A stretch of 64,000 nt of DNA from Candidatus Melainabacteria bacterium 17Bon1m (GCA_032128875.1 JAVLKG010000004.1:416001-480000), one strand, 5' to 3'. Numbered from the stretch's first letter, positions 37,069 to 48,018 are shown. Translations and numbers: made by a program. Notes: generated by a model not told the origin, from the sequence alone.

Positions 37069-37731
37069 CTAACTCGCTTCGGACAAGCCTTCCAGCTTGT
37101 GTTTCTTGCCTACACGCTCACACAGAATTCTGCGCAGATCTTCCTGTACCACAGTGAGAGGTTTACTGGCATCGACAATCACCCAGCGATCGGGATCTTG
37201 TTCGGCGAGTTTGTGATATCCGTCTCTCACCTTATGGTGAAACTCAATCGCCTCACGTTCGAGTCGATCGTGACCGCCCGGGTGCAAGCGCCCCAGTCCG
37301 TCACTTGATTCAATATCGAAAAGAATTGTCAGTTCTGGCGTTAATCCGCCGGTCGCCATTTTTGAAAGGTCGTTGATCAGGTTCAAATCAATACCACGCC
37401 CGTAGCCTTGGTATGCACGTGTCGAGTCAACGTAGCGATCGCAAAGCACAAGAGTGCCGTTTTTCAGTGCCGGAATGATCAATTCGTCGACGTGTTGCGC
37501 GCGGTCTGCCTGATAAAGCAGCAGCTCTGTCATGGGCATGACCGGATTTTCGGGGTTGAGCAGAATTCTGCGAATTTGTTTTCCCAGAGATGTACCGCCC
37601 GGGTCTCTCGTGACAATGTGCTTGACGCCCATCTGGTCGAGCTGTTTGGACAAAAGCTTGAGTTGGGTGGTTTTGCCTGCGCCCTCGGGGCCTTCAAGGG
37701 TGACGAAACTGCCTGGATAACTGGTTGCCAT
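37069..37731 (-). CDS. tmk: Thymidylate kinase
   Basis: FVTLEGPEGAGKTTQ P-loop, TRDPGG, LCDRYVDS..AYQGYGR. Confidence 0.95.
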   Translation of the reverse strand: MATSYPGSFVTLEGPEGAGKTTQLKLLSKQLDQMGVKHIVTRDPGGTSLGKQIRRILLNPENPVMPMTELLLYQADRAQHVDELIIPALKNGTLVLCDRYVDSTRAYQGYGRGIDLNLINDLSKMATGGLTPELTILFDIESSDGLGRLHPGGHDRLEREAIEFHHKVRDGYHKLAEQDPDRWVIVDASKPLTVVQEDLRRILCERVGKKHKLEGLSEAS

Positions 37732-38011
37732 GAGTAAGCGCTTGAATAGCCTGTAGAAACGGTGGGAAATGCTGGAAAGCATACCCTAAGCGCGCCTGCC
37801 GTTGTTGGAGAGGGCGCTTATCTCGGCGGCAAAACTCCCCGAAAAGGCGCCAATTCGCCCACATTACAGTCGAAATAAACGACTAAGAATGTTATGATCT
37901 TCCAACTTTCGGAATCCGCGTAATTCGGGTCTTGCCCTGCTTCGGCAGGTGGTGAGATGCGCGTTTCCATGTAGAAAAGTACTTATTTACGAACGAGAGG
38001 TTCAGCGGGCG

Positions 38012-39517
38012 ATGACTCAAACCCTAGAGGCACCCAAAGTGAAAGTGGATCGCAAGTGGCAATTATGGATCGGGGGTAAATTCCAAGATGGCGCCAGTGA
38101 GCGCACCTTGATCAACCCTGCCGATGGCAAGCCTCTGTGCAAAGTTGCAGAAGCCGATAAGAAGCAAACCGAAGCCGCTATCAAAGCAGCACGCAAAGCT
38201 TTCGACGAAGGTCCGTGGCCCAGAATGACGGCATTGGAGCGCGCTCAGTTTCTCTTCAAACTGGCAGACAAGATTGATGAGCATGCCGAAGAATTGGCTG
38301 AGCTGGAAACGTTGAACGGTGGCAAGCCTTTGCGTGAAGCCAAATACGATATGGGTGATGCGGCGAACTGTTTTCGCTATTACGCTGGTCTGGTAACCAA
38401 GCCAACGGGACAAGCAATTGATGTTCCGGCCCCATCCATCACAACTGTAGTTCGTGAGCCGATTGGTGTTTGCGCACAAATTATCCCGTGGAATTATCCG
38501 CTCTTGATGGGTGCATGGAAATTGGCTCCGGCACTGGCCGCAGGCAACTGCTGCATTCTCAAGCCGAGCGAATACACGCCTCTAACCGCTGTAAGATTGG
38601 CTGAAATTCTGCAAGAACTCGAATTGCCGGAAGGTGTCGTCAACATCGTCTTGGGCGATGGACCTACGGTCGGCAACACTCTTGCAGAAAGCAAGTTGGT
38701 CGACAAAGTTGCTTTCACCGGATCGGTAAAAACCGGAAAAGCCGTGGCTTCAGCAGCTCTCGGTAATCTCAAGAAAGTGACATTGGAATTGGGCGGTAAG
38801 TCGCCAATGGTTGTGTTCTCTGATTTTGATGTAGATACAGCCGTTGACTATGCGCTTTTTGCAATCTATTGCAATGCCGGTCAAGTATGCTCGGCTGGCT
38901 CGCGCTTGCTGGTTGAAGAGCCGATGTACGACAAATTCGTCAAAAAATTCGTCGAACGTGCCAAACATATAAAGGTTGGTCCTGGCATGGACCCTGAAAC
39001 CGAAATGGGACCGCTCATCAACGAATCTCAAATGAAGCGCGTTCTCGAATACATCGAAATCGGTCAGAAAGAAGGCGCCAAGCTGGAAGCCGGCGGCGAT
39101 CAACCGAAAGGAGAGAAGTACGGTAAGGGCTTCTACGTCAATCCGACAGTATTCACGAACGTCAAGCAAGACATGCGTATCGTCCAAGAAGAAATTTTTG
39201 GACCAGTCGTTGTTGTGCAGAAGTTCAAGACTGAAGAGGAAGCGATTCAATTCGCAAACGATTCAGATTTCGGTCTTGCCGGCGCAGTATTCAGCAATGA
39301 TGTAACCAGAGCACACCGCGTTGTTAAGGCTCTTAAAGCCGGTATCACGTGGGTCAACGCCTATCACAATACATATAACGAATGCCCATGGGGCGGTTAT
39401 AAGCAAAGTGGATGGGGCCGCGAACTCGGAACATTCGGGCTCGAAGCTTACACTGAAGTGAAGCAGATCAATATCAACCTGGATCCACAGCCAGTCGGTT
39501 GGTTCGAGAAGAAGTAG
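38012..39517 (+). CDS. NAD(P)-dependent aldehyde dehydrogenase (betaine-aldehyde-dehydrogenase-like)
   Basis: IPWNYP, FTGS, LELGGKSP, GQVCSAGSR, EEIFGP. Confidence 0.95.
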   Translation: MTQTLEAPKVKVDRKWQLWIGGKFQDGASERTLINPADGKPLCKVAEADKKQTEAAIKAARKAFDEGPWPRMTALERAQFLFKLADKIDEHAEELAELETLNGGKPLREAKYDMGDAANCFRYYAGLVTKPTGQAIDVPAPSITTVVREPIGVCAQIIPWNYPLLMGAWKLAPALAAGNCCILKPSEYTPLTAVRLAEILQELELPEGVVNIVLGDGPTVGNTLAESKLVDKVAFTGSVKTGKAVASAALGNLKKVTLELGGKSPMVVFSDFDVDTAVDYALFAIYCNAGQVCSAGSRLLVEEPMYDKFVKKFVERAKHIKVGPGMDPETEMGPLINESQMKRVLEYIEIGQKEGAKLEAGGDQPKGEKYGKGFYVNPTVFTNVKQDMRIVQEEIFGPVVVVQKFKTEEEAIQFANDSDFGLAGAVFSNDVTRAHRVVKALKAGITWVNAYHNTYNECPWGGYKQSGWGRELGTFGLEAYTEVKQININLDPQPVGWFEKK

Positions 39518-39536
39518 GATAAACCCTAGACATCGT

Positions 39537-39577
39537 AAACACCGAAGCTAATAAACTAGGCTTCGGTGTTTTCTTTT
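39537..39577 (+). terminator. Intrinsic terminator after the aldehyde dehydrogenase
   Basis: AAACACCGAAGC..GCTTCGGTGTTT hairpin followed by a T-rich tract. Confidence 0.7.
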
Positions 39578-40138
39578 GAACAAAGAAGAATGAATCAGAC
39601 GTACATGATGGTAAAGGTCATTCTATTCAGGGCGATATTCTGTGTTGGCTTAGCGACAATTGTTCTTGGTATTTTGTCTGCATTTTACTTTGTGCAAAAT
39701 CCAGAGCGAATCAAGGTGCACTTCCAAAATTGGATGATCGAGGAAGAAGCTGTTACATCAACAGTTTCTTTGCCGTCTAACAATGGAGAACTGACTCTAA
39801 CCGTTGTTCCGTTGCATCCATTTTTGTCAGAGTACAAATATATAGTTCGAGTCCGTATGAAAAATGGAGCAAAGTTCAAACAAGTCTTGGAGATTCAACC
39901 TGGTGGTCCACCAGATGTTATGGCGCTTTATCTTGAATCTCCAGAACATCAGCAGCTATTGTGTTTTAGACATTCGTGTGGTGGAAACGAGCTATTTGAA
40001 GTTTTGGATTTGAGAGATGGTAAATTGCATCGCTACTCATCGTTTAATGAAGTGAAGATGCAATATCAGATGCCGAAACAAGCACATATTGTGAATCTTG
40101 GTTTCATTACAGAAGGGCACTTGAGTCTGAGTAATTGA
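39566..40138 (+). CDS. Hypothetical membrane-anchored protein (start probably 39590-39608)
   Basis: One N-terminal TM segment, HPFLSEYKY segment, lower GC than neighbours. Confidence 0.6.
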   Translation: MFSFEQRRMNQTYMMVKVILFRAIFCVGLATIVLGILSAFYFVQNPERIKVHFQNWMIEEEAVTSTVSLPSNNGELTLTVVPLHPFLSEYKYIVRVRMKNGAKFKQVLEIQPGGPPDVMALYLESPEHQQLLCFRHSCGGNELFEVLDLRDGKLHRYSSFNEVKMQYQMPKQAHIVNLGFITEGHLSLSN

Positions 40139-40380
40139 AACCATCAGTTAGTTGAATGACCACAGATTAACTACTGCGAAATGATAGTCCTATCTGTTTC
40201 GGGTGAGGGCACCGAAAGTGGTGCTCCGCTTTCGTCTTGGGATTTTTAGAAAGCCCCGCCTAATTCATCCGGTTTTGCTGTTGAGTCCTGTGTGAGCGCA
40301 AGAGACGAACAGCGCGCTCAAAGGTTCTTACTAAGTACGCACGGTGTCTCGTAAAGCAGTTTTTCATAGGAGTACGACTA

Positions 40381-41757
40381 ATGATTTCCGGACTGGCTAG
40401 CAAGGTTTCGAAGGAAAAGAAGAGAATCTTCGCGATGGCGATGACTATCGCTGTTGGTTTTTCATCGGCAGCTCAGTTGCCGGCGATGAGTGCTGAAATG
40501 AAGTTGAAGAATCCGACAAACAGACCATTTGTGCGTCGAGCTATTCGAAGACCTGACTTTCAACCGGATGTCTTGCTCGTTGCAACTGATGCTAAGGCTG
40601 ACAAAGACGAGATCAAAGAGGCTCTTGAGGATGTGCATGCTACCGCAACTCAGACGGTGCGCGCCGGCAACTTGGAGATGATCCTCATCAAGACTGAAAA
40701 AGGTAAGTTGGAAGAAACTGAGACCAAGCTGACTAAAGACAAAAAACATTTCAGCGCTGTCGGTCGCAACTATCGCTTCGCTGCAAACTATGTACCTAAC
40801 GATAAAGACTTCAATGTGTCCTGGCACTTGGCGGCAATGCATTGTCCGAAGGCTTGGGATAAGGGAACTGGCGGCGCTAAAGTTGCTGTTCTTGATACTG
40901 GTTGTGAAGCCAGTGGCAAGGATCTTCAGGGCAAAATCGAAAAAGGATTTGATGCCAACACTGCGGCTGCACAAATTCTCGGTGGACTTTTGCTAGCTAC
41001 AGGAACGCTACCTGGCGTGACAGACCTGGCGGGAGCAGCAGCTGCTGCCGCTTCAGGCGGAGCGCAACACGACAGGCACGGTCACGGAACCTGGGTTGCT
41101 TCATGTATCGCAGCGACGATGAATAATGGCAAAACCTCTGCAGGTATCGCTCCATCATCGACGATCTATCCTATTCGAATTGCAGATGCTGCAGCTGGCG
41201 GCAAAGCAATTGCAACAGACTTCTCTGTAGCTTGCGCGATGGCAAAAGTATTCACATCAGGCGCGAGAATAGTCAACCTCAGCTATGGCGCTCCCTATGT
41301 TGGTTTTCACGAACCAACAATTCACGCCCCGCTTCATAAGATGTTCTCTGAGTTCTATTATGTGCGTCAAGGTTTGCTCTTCCTTTCTGCTGGTAACGAC
41401 GCCGTATTTGATGCGACTGTAAATCTTCCTTACATCAATATGGTTTCTGCGATCAACAGAACCGGCTCTCTGACCGATTTCTCTAACTATGGGACAATCG
41501 TTGATTTCACCGCACCAGGAGAAGAGATCTTCTGTATGGGCATCGATGGCGAACAAGCCGAGGTAAAGGGTACATCGTTCTCGAGTCCTATCGTAGCCGG
41601 CGTTGCCGCTTTGATCCTCAGCAAAAACCCTGCCCTTCCCAACTTCGCTGTCGAGCAAATCCTGAAGGCAAGTTGTGTAAACTCCACGCCAGGTTGGAAC
41701 GGATACTACGGATGGGGCATGCCGGACGCAGCCAGGGCGCTTGAACTGACACCTTAG
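40381..41757 (+). CDS. S8 subtilisin-family serine protease, exported
   Basis: Catalytic triad motifs VAVLDTG, HGHGTWVA, GTSFSSP; oxyanion SAGND; signal peptide and propeptide. Confidence 0.93.
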   Translation: MISGLASKVSKEKKRIFAMAMTIAVGFSSAAQLPAMSAEMKLKNPTNRPFVRRAIRRPDFQPDVLLVATDAKADKDEIKEALEDVHATATQTVRAGNLEMILIKTEKGKLEETETKLTKDKKHFSAVGRNYRFAANYVPNDKDFNVSWHLAAMHCPKAWDKGTGGAKVAVLDTGCEASGKDLQGKIEKGFDANTAAAQILGGLLLATGTLPGVTDLAGAAAAAASGGAQHDRHGHGTWVASCIAATMNNGKTSAGIAPSSTIYPIRIADAAAGGKAIATDFSVACAMAKVFTSGARIVNLSYGAPYVGFHEPTIHAPLHKMFSEFYYVRQGLLFLSAGNDAVFDATVNLPYINMVSAINRTGSLTDFSNYGTIVDFTAPGEEIFCMGIDGEQAEVKGTSFSSPIVAGVAALILSKNPALPNFAVEQILKASCVNSTPGWNGYYGWGMPDAARALELTP

Positions 41758-41794
41758 TTGTATTTTCAAAACCTAAGTTGTCGCACAGTAAATG

Positions 41795-41835
41795 AAGTTA
41801 AGAACCGGGTTCGCGCGAGCCTGGTTCTAACTTTT
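41795..41835 (+). terminator. Intrinsic terminator after the subtilase
   Basis: AGAACCGGGTTCGC/GCGAGCCTGGTTCT hairpin, then AACTTTT. Confidence 0.65.
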
Positions 41836-42002
41836 ACCAAGTCTATCAAAACTCTTTACGCCTTTAGTTCGCGCTATTCACAGTGTTCTGTGTTTGCTTG
41901 CTCTCTGTATTTCTTTCCTCACAGAGTCCTAAAATCAGCTCGCATTGCGTAGATCACTCACGGTTGGAATTTACTCGTTTTTCTCAAAGGAGATTTTGCT
42001 CA

Positions 42003-42641
42003 ATGCAAAAGCGTATGCGTATTGGCTTGCGTTTAACGAAATATCGCAAGATTGGGATCCTCTATGCGGCTGTATGTGTGGCGCTCGGGTTTATGCCTCA
42101 GCTGGCTATTGCCGATGACCAAGTCGATAAGCCATACGATTGGGTAATTCAAGTTGAAACGCGCCGATTGGAGCGGCAATTCGACTACACGAATTCCAAG
42201 CTTAATCCTATCGAAAAACTTGAAGTGCTTTGGTATCCGACCAAAGACGAAAACAAAAAGACGAATTACCAGTACATGTACTACCACGATGGCAAGCCCT
42301 ATGGACTGGAGAAGCTTCACAAGCTGGATATCGACGAAGGAGACGGAGTTGCAATTGAGGTCAAACACAAGGACAACAATCCGTCAGAAGCAGAGAAAAA
42401 AGATGCTGCTAACGCGATCTTTCGACTGGCGCTGGATTCCTACTTGCACAAAAATCCGCTCGTTGCAGTGAAGGTTCCTGCCGATTCGTTCAATGAAATC
42501 TCTGATCGACTGAAAGATCTCGGATTTCACGATTCGAAAGAAGACGGGGACCAAGTCGACATGGAAAACACTTTTAAAGCATCGATGACAATTGGCCTTT
42601 TCTCGGTGCCGGAAGGCAAGCACATCAGTTTGGTTAGATAA
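42003..42641 (+). CDS. Secreted hypothetical protein
   Basis: AAGGAG RBS before ATG42003; signal peptide (AIA-DD). Confidence 0.75.
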   Translation: MQKRMRIGLRLTKYRKIGILYAAVCVALGFMPQLAIADDQVDKPYDWVIQVETRRLERQFDYTNSKLNPIEKLEVLWYPTKDENKKTNYQYMYYHDGKPYGLEKLHKLDIDEGDGVAIEVKHKDNNPSEAEKKDAANAIFRLALDSYLHKNPLVAVKVPADSFNEISDRLKDLGFHDSKEDGDQVDMENTFKASMTIGLFSVPEGKHISLVR

Positions 42642-42769
42642 GACCGGAATAATCTGGACTTCCGCCTAAAACACGGACGGGTGTCGTTAGCCCTGTTATA
42701 CCGGTGGACCCGTTAGACGGTACACGCGATGAACGTAAGAAACGTGATTAACGCGATGGAGAAATTTCA

Positions 42770-43276
42770 GTGATGGTCGCTCACAGGCCTGGCAGAACCA
42801 GAATTAAAAGAGGACAGGGGCTGGTTGAAGTCGTTGGCGTTCTCATCTGTGTGGTCCCTGCAGTGCTGCTGGTGATTGACTTGGGGATGGTCGCAATAGG
42901 CGCTGGTCTCAATGATCAGGCTTGCCGGGATGCCGCAAGAGCTGCAGCATCTGGGCCTCCCAGCGATTTGTCCAAGGGCGAGAACCGCCAAGTGGGTTCT
43001 GGAACGGCGCCATACGACCGAGCTGTGGCAGTAGTGAAGAAGATTTATTCGACCAGATTACCAATGAAAGTGCGCGAAAAAATCGACGCTGTCGAGACAG
43101 TACGCGATATACCGACGGACGCCGGTGGTGCGGTCGACGGTGAGGTTTCGGTCAAAACCACAATCGACATTTTTCCACCGTTCTTGGCTGGTGCTGTTGT
43201 CGGTGCGAACGGCGTTTCGCTCAATTGCACACACACGGTTCCCATCACTTATGTAGTTCCTAACAAGAATCCGTAA
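42770..43276 (+). CDS. TadE-like minor pilin
   Basis: Prepilin-type KRG-QGLVE, hydrophobic helix, ACRDAARAAA. Confidence 0.75.
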   Translation: MMVAHRPGRTRIKRGQGLVEVVGVLICVVPAVLLVIDLGMVAIGAGLNDQACRDAARAAASGPPSDLSKGENRQVGSGTAPYDRAVAVVKKIYSTRLPMKVREKIDAVETVRDIPTDAGGAVDGEVSVKTTIDIFPPFLAGAVVGANGVSLNCTHTVPITYVVPNKNP

Positions 43277-43496
43277 TCGAAAAAAATGATGTTACTTCGA
43301 TAGTAATCAACAAATTTTAACGGCGCTAATGTGTCCACTTTCGATTCGTCGAGGGTGGCACATTAGATCTTGGGTCTTTTTTGCGCATCGCATTTAGTAT
43401 CACCAGTAAAAACAATATTCCCTCCTAAATACGCCGGGCTGCCAGTTTTATTGATGTGGAGGCTATCGCAGTTTCGATAAAGTCAGGACCCTCAAA

Positions 43497-44063
43497 ATGA
43501 ATTACAAGTTTAACCAGAATCAATATACTAGGCCCAGCAAGAGAAGTAGGAATGGCAGCTCGATGACCGAGTTCAGCGGTGCCATGATTATCTTTATCTT
43601 GTTTATTTTTACGCCTCTATTGAACATCGGAATTTTGCCTGTTCGCTATCTAATAGCGCACGGCATCATGACTGAGATGACGCACAGGATGGCTGTTTGT
43701 GAAAAACGCAGCGATGCTAATAAGTTACTGAAGACAAATTCCTGGTGGACAAACCTTTTGAAAGCCTGCGGAGTAGGCGTGAAGAACCAGGCTGCGACTC
43801 TAGTCATTGTGGATAAAGGCAATGGAAAAACGAGCGTTCCAATTAGCACTGCTCTATCAGGCGACCAATTGCCTAATGGACCTCAGGGACCCTTCATGTA
43901 CAGCCTACAGCTGAGCGCTGATTGTGATATCTCGCCGCTCTTTAATGCTGGAGCTGGGCTTCCGGGATTTACCAGCCCCGTCACTGTTCATCTGACCAGT
44001 CAGGCGCAATGGGAAAATCTGGGTCGCAATCCGGAAACCACCTACTATTACATCAATGAATAA
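43497..44063 (+). CDS. TadE/TadF-like minor pilin
   Basis: Basic leader, RNG-SSMTEF (Glu at +5), hydrophobic helix. Confidence 0.65.
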   Translation: MNYKFNQNQYTRPSKRSRNGSSMTEFSGAMIIFILFIFTPLLNIGILPVRYLIAHGIMTEMTHRMAVCEKRSDANKLLKTNSWWTNLLKACGVGVKNQAATLVIVDKGNGKTSVPISTALSGDQLPNGPQGPFMYSLQLSADCDISPLFNAGAGLPGFTSPVTVHLTSQAQWENLGRNPETTYYYINE

Positions 44064-44113
44064 CAACACACATAAGAGGACTGTTCTACTCGCCGTGGAC
44101 AAGTAAATTTGCG

Positions 44114-44998
44114 ATGAAAAGACGATCTAAGAACATAAGGAGACATAGAAGAGCGACCGGCAACATGCTGGTTTTGGGATGTGTGGTTTTGTCCATCGTA
44201 GGCATTGGCCTTCTCATTGGATATTCTTACGGCGGCTTGATCTTTACCCACAATCGCTTGCAGGGTTCTGCAGATGAAATTGCGCTCGCCGGCGCACGAA
44301 AGTTGAATGAAAACGATCGTGTCGGTCAGATGAACAATATGGTGGCGCGTTCTCGCCAGATGGTCATGCAGGCACAGCTGAATCTCGAGAAGGTGCAAAG
44401 TGATTATCCGCAACTTCAATCTATTGCCGAGGAGCAACTTGATGAGGCGAAAAATTGCGCTGAGGAATTAGAACAGCAGCGAACATATTTGAAAAATCTT
44501 GCCACCATGGAATCGGTGCAAGCTATGGAGAAAAAGTTCGATCAAATAAAAGGCTCATACCCTATGAATTTGCCCTGGATGAAGGTGGCAAGTCCGAAAT
44601 TGGACAAGATGAGGCTGGGCTATTTGGAGAATATTGAGTCGAACGTCGAACAATTGCAGAACATAAAAGAATTGGAAGACCATGATGAGGCGAAGGGCTA
44701 TGTGAAGAACAACCCCAAGCTTAAACTCTATAAGCAAGGTGCTTCCAAATACTTGCCCGCGCCTAATGACTCAATGCAGTTTTATTTGAGTTCGCTGGCC
44801 GCTCCTGTGGAGAAGACTGTCTCGCCTGCACACATTGTTTTGTCTAAAGCGTTTCAAAAACTCGACCTGCCTCTCATACCTACCTGCACTAAGGTAGAGT
44901 TAACTCTAAAGGTCGGCACCGGCCTCGGTGGCAACGCAAACCAAGACATAAAGGTCGAAAGTGCGGCTGCGGCTACTGGTGCCTCGCCACAGCAGTAG
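44114..44998 (+). CDS. Tad domain (TadG-like) protein
   Basis: Basic leader, TG-NMLVL TM, then RLQGSADEIALAGA, which matches the Tad LQxAADAAALAGA motif. Confidence 0.7.
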   Translation: MKRRSKNIRRHRRATGNMLVLGCVVLSIVGIGLLIGYSYGGLIFTHNRLQGSADEIALAGARKLNENDRVGQMNNMVARSRQMVMQAQLNLEKVQSDYPQLQSIAEEQLDEAKNCAEELEQQRTYLKNLATMESVQAMEKKFDQIKGSYPMNLPWMKVASPKLDKMRLGYLENIESNVEQLQNIKELEDHDEAKGYVKNNPKLKLYKQGASKYLPAPNDSMQFYLSSLAAPVEKTVSPAHIVLSKAFQKLDLPLIPTCTKVELTLKVGTGLGGNANQDIKVESAAAATGASPQQ

Positions 44999-45203
44999 GG
45001 CTGTAGGATGACTAAACGATTGCGGTAAAGAGTTTTGAATTGTAAACAGCGGCACCTTAAGCACCTTTCATCTCAATCGCGGATCATTCGTGCCGGCCTG
45101 TCGTCTGAGAGTGAAGGAAAACCGAGTCCTGGATGTCATGGGAGCGAGCGCTTGGCATGACCCGATCACATGGTAAAATTGCCCTCTGGAAAGCGAGAAT
45201 GCA

Positions 45204-47312
45204 ATGTTTTTGACGGTTTCAAAGAGCAGCTCGGCTGTGAACCTTGTCTGGAGACGCCTGGTTTCGGCAACCCTTGCCGTGGGCGTGTTTGGGACTTCTT
45301 TTGCGTATACGTGCATTCCTGCGCTGGCTTCGGATGCTGCTGATGTTTTGCCGGCAGAGACATCCGGGTCAGATGTCGAGCTTAAATCAGAAACGCCCAA
45401 AGAATCCTCGCCGAGCGTTAATTCGTCAAGTTCTGCGACCGGCATTGGTGAATTTACCGGCAAACTTAGCTATCCAGGCGCTTCAAAGCAGTCCAATTTG
45501 ACTGTCGACGATGTAAAAATCGAAGGCAACCGTCTTGTGCCGTCTGAAGATATTTTGCACGTCGTAAAGACAAAACGTGGCGATAAATTCGATCGCGACG
45601 TCCTTTTGCAGGATTTGAAAGCGATCAATGGCATGGGCTATTTCGACGATCGCAGTTTGCAGGCTTTGCCTGAGATGAGCAACGGCGGCGTTCTTCTTAA
45701 AATTCGTGTGCAAGAAAATGCGCCCATCACGCAATTCTCATTCGAAGGCAATGAAGCGCTCAGTTCAGAAGAGCTGTCTCATATCTTCGCTAATCAGCTT
45801 GGAAAACCGCAAAACTTGAACGACCTGTCTTCTTCTATAGATAAGGTCGAGCAGCTCTACCACGAGAAAGGCTTCCTGCTGGCGCGCGTCACCGATGTAA
45901 AAGACGACCCGGACGGCAACATCTCATTGAAGGTAAATGAAGGACAGATCGAGTCGGTTCAGATTGGCGGCAATCGCAAGACGAAAGACTTTATTATCCG
46001 CAATGCCCTCAAAATCAAACCAGGTTCTGTTTATAACGAGAAGCAGCTCACCAACGACCTGCGCAAACTTTACGCCAATGGATACTTCCAGGATATACGC
46101 CGCAGTTTGCAGCCATCGCCGACCAGTCCTGATAAATACATTCTCAAAGTGGAAGTGGATGAGAAGCGCTCCGGCTCTGTCGGTGTGGGCGGCGGCGTCG
46201 ATTCTATCGCCGGACCATTTGGCAATTTGAGCTTTTCGGACAACAATTTCCGCGGTCGCGGGCAGATTGTTTCGTTCAACTCCCAGATGGGGACCGGCAT
46301 GTTCGGGCAGGGCATCAACGCCGTCAACAACCCGGGCAACGGCTATATGGTCAACAAAAACAACTATCAAATCGAAGCGACATTTGTCGAGCCGAATTTC
46401 ATGAAGACCAATACATCATTGGCGCTGTCCGGATTTGGTCGCAATTTCTCCTCGATGATGGTAGATCAGTCGACGCAAAGGACTCTCGGAGCCTCTGCGA
46501 CATTTACAAAGAAACTGAAGCACAACACTGCCCTAAACCTTGGTTTTATTGGCGAGAACACGTCGCTGAGAGATTACAGCAGTATGTTCGGCAATGATGG
46601 TGCGCTCAATCAAATGGCCAACCGCGCTTTGGCGACCGGCATGGCCGGGTCTCAGGCGGGAGCCAATGCCCTGGCTCAATCTGTAAGAGACCAGCAATTA
46701 CGCGGCGGGACATTCTTGACTGTCAATCCTTCAATTACATATGACACCAGAGATGGTGCTGATCCTACGCGAGGTTCTTTCGCTAAGCTTTCCGCCGGAC
46801 CGTCGCTTGGTATGGGCAGTCCGAGTTTCATGAAAATCGGCGCCAGCGTAAGCAAATATATTCCTATTACCAAAGACATAACCTTGGCTACGAACATCCA
46901 GGGTGGTACGGCTGTCGGCGGCATGCCGCAGTTTGCTCAATATAGGTTAGGTGGATGGAATGGTATTCGCGGATATCGAATGTTCTCTGACTTAGGAACA
47001 GGTACCGGAATGCTTATGGCCACAGCGGAATTGCGTTCGCGCATACCGTTGCCGCGTAACAGTAAAGTTGGCAAAGTAATCGACAAGCACGTCAAGGCGA
47101 CTGCCTTCTTCGATGCCGGTCATGTGATGGGAAATGGTCTCACCAACAACCTTTTCTCGCGATCCAGCTTGGGTGCGTCAGTGGGCATCGGCTTGCGGGT
47201 GAATATACCGATGCTTGGATTGGTTCGCTTTGAATACGGTATGCCGCTCGTGTCCAGCATCTTGGGCAATTTTACGCCGCGTATGACGGTCGGTTTTGGC
47301 GATCGCTTTTAA
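45204..47312 (+). CDS. bamA: Omp85/BamA outer membrane protein assembly factor (three POTRA domains)
   Basis: Three POTRA starts (VKIEGN, FSFEGN, VQIGGN), NFRGRGQ, IRGY loop motif, C-terminal Phe; followed by skp-lpxD. Confidence 0.9.
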   Translation: MFLTVSKSSSAVNLVWRRLVSATLAVGVFGTSFAYTCIPALASDAADVLPAETSGSDVELKSETPKESSPSVNSSSSATGIGEFTGKLSYPGASKQSNLTVDDVKIEGNRLVPSEDILHVVKTKRGDKFDRDVLLQDLKAINGMGYFDDRSLQALPEMSNGGVLLKIRVQENAPITQFSFEGNEALSSEELSHIFANQLGKPQNLNDLSSSIDKVEQLYHEKGFLLARVTDVKDDPDGNISLKVNEGQIESVQIGGNRKTKDFIIRNALKIKPGSVYNEKQLTNDLRKLYANGYFQDIRRSLQPSPTSPDKYILKVEVDEKRSGSVGVGGGVDSIAGPFGNLSFSDNNFRGRGQIVSFNSQMGTGMFGQGINAVNNPGNGYMVNKNNYQIEATFVEPNFMKTNTSLALSGFGRNFSSMMVDQSTQRTLGASATFTKKLKHNTALNLGFIGENTSLRDYSSMFGNDGALNQMANRALATGMAGSQAGANALAQSVRDQQLRGGTFLTVNPSITYDTRDGADPTRGSFAKLSAGPSLGMGSPSFMKIGASVSKYIPITKDITLATNIQGGTAVGGMPQFAQYRLGGWNGIRGYRMFSDLGTGTGMLMATAELRSRIPLPRNSKVGKVIDKHVKATAFFDAGHVMGNGLTNNLFSRSSLGASVGIGLRVNIPMLGLVRFEYGMPLVSSILGNFTPRMTVGFGDRF

Positions 47313-47409
47313 TAACCAATGTTTTAATTACGTGCTGTCTACAAGCCGCCTTTGGCAACTGCTAATGGTGTAAACTGAGCCGTTTGACAGCGTTTTGTCT
47401 TATTGAGTT

Positions 47410-47985
47410 TTGGAGAAGAGAATGCACACCTTGCAAAAGAGCCTCGTTCTGGTAACCAGCGCATTGTCGCTTACTATTTCTGCATCTGCGTTTCCGGCAT
47501 TCGCTGCCGACGCTCCTGCAGCACCTGCAGCTGCCCCTGTTGCCAAAAGCGGCGGCGGCGGAATCGGTGTTGTCGACCCGGACAAGGTGGTAAAGGCATA
47601 TCCGAAAGCTGAGCAATTGGCGAAAGATCTGAAGAAAGAAGAAGATCGCGTTCACAAAATGATCGAAGACGGCAATCGTGAATTGGAGAAAGCAAAAACC
47701 GATCGCAAGCCGCCTGCGGAGCTGGAAGGCTTGCAGAGAAGACTGCAGGAGTCGATTGACACTGAAGTGAAGAAAGTTCAGGGTCGCGCTCAATCGCTGG
47801 AAACCCAATTGGAAAGCGATGTTCAGAATGCAATCAAAGCCGAAGCGGCCGCACGAAAGCTTGACATCGTTCTTCTCAAGCCGGTTGTATTCATGGGTGG
47901 AATAGACCTCACAGATTCCGTCATGAAGCGCCTTGCTGCAGCAGCTCCTGCCGCTCCTGCCGCTGCAAAGCCGGCAACCAAGTAA
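47410..47985 (+). CDS. skp: OmpH/Skp periplasmic chaperone
   Basis: IGVVDPDKV, coiled coil, [14 protein letters not shown]; lies between bamA and lpxD. Confidence 0.88.
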   Translation: MEKRMHTLQKSLVLVTSALSLTISASAFPAFAADAPAAPAAAPVAKSGGGGIGVVDPDKVVKAYPKAEQLAKDLKKEEDRVHKMIEDGNRELEKAKTDRKPPAELEGLQRRLQESIDTEVKKVQGRAQSLETQLESDVQNAIKAEAAARKLDIVLLKPVVFMGGIDLTDSVMKRLAAAAPAAPAAAKPATK

Positions 47986-47996
47986 CTTGAATGATG

Positions 47997-48018
47997 AGGG
48001 GCAGCTTAGGCTGCCCCT
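47997..48018 (+). terminator. GC-rich hairpin after skp (terminator or mRNA stabiliser)
   Basis: AGGGGCAGC-TTAG-GCTGCCCCT; weak T tract. Confidence 0.55.

Noticed and set aside
6886-47310. Cyanobacterial HIP1 (GCGATCGC) over-representation
   Set aside because: I noticed about five copies by eye (near 6886, 17363, 35040, 37435 and 47299). That is above the roughly one expected by chance but far below the density of HIP1-rich cyanobacteria; a computed count is needed.
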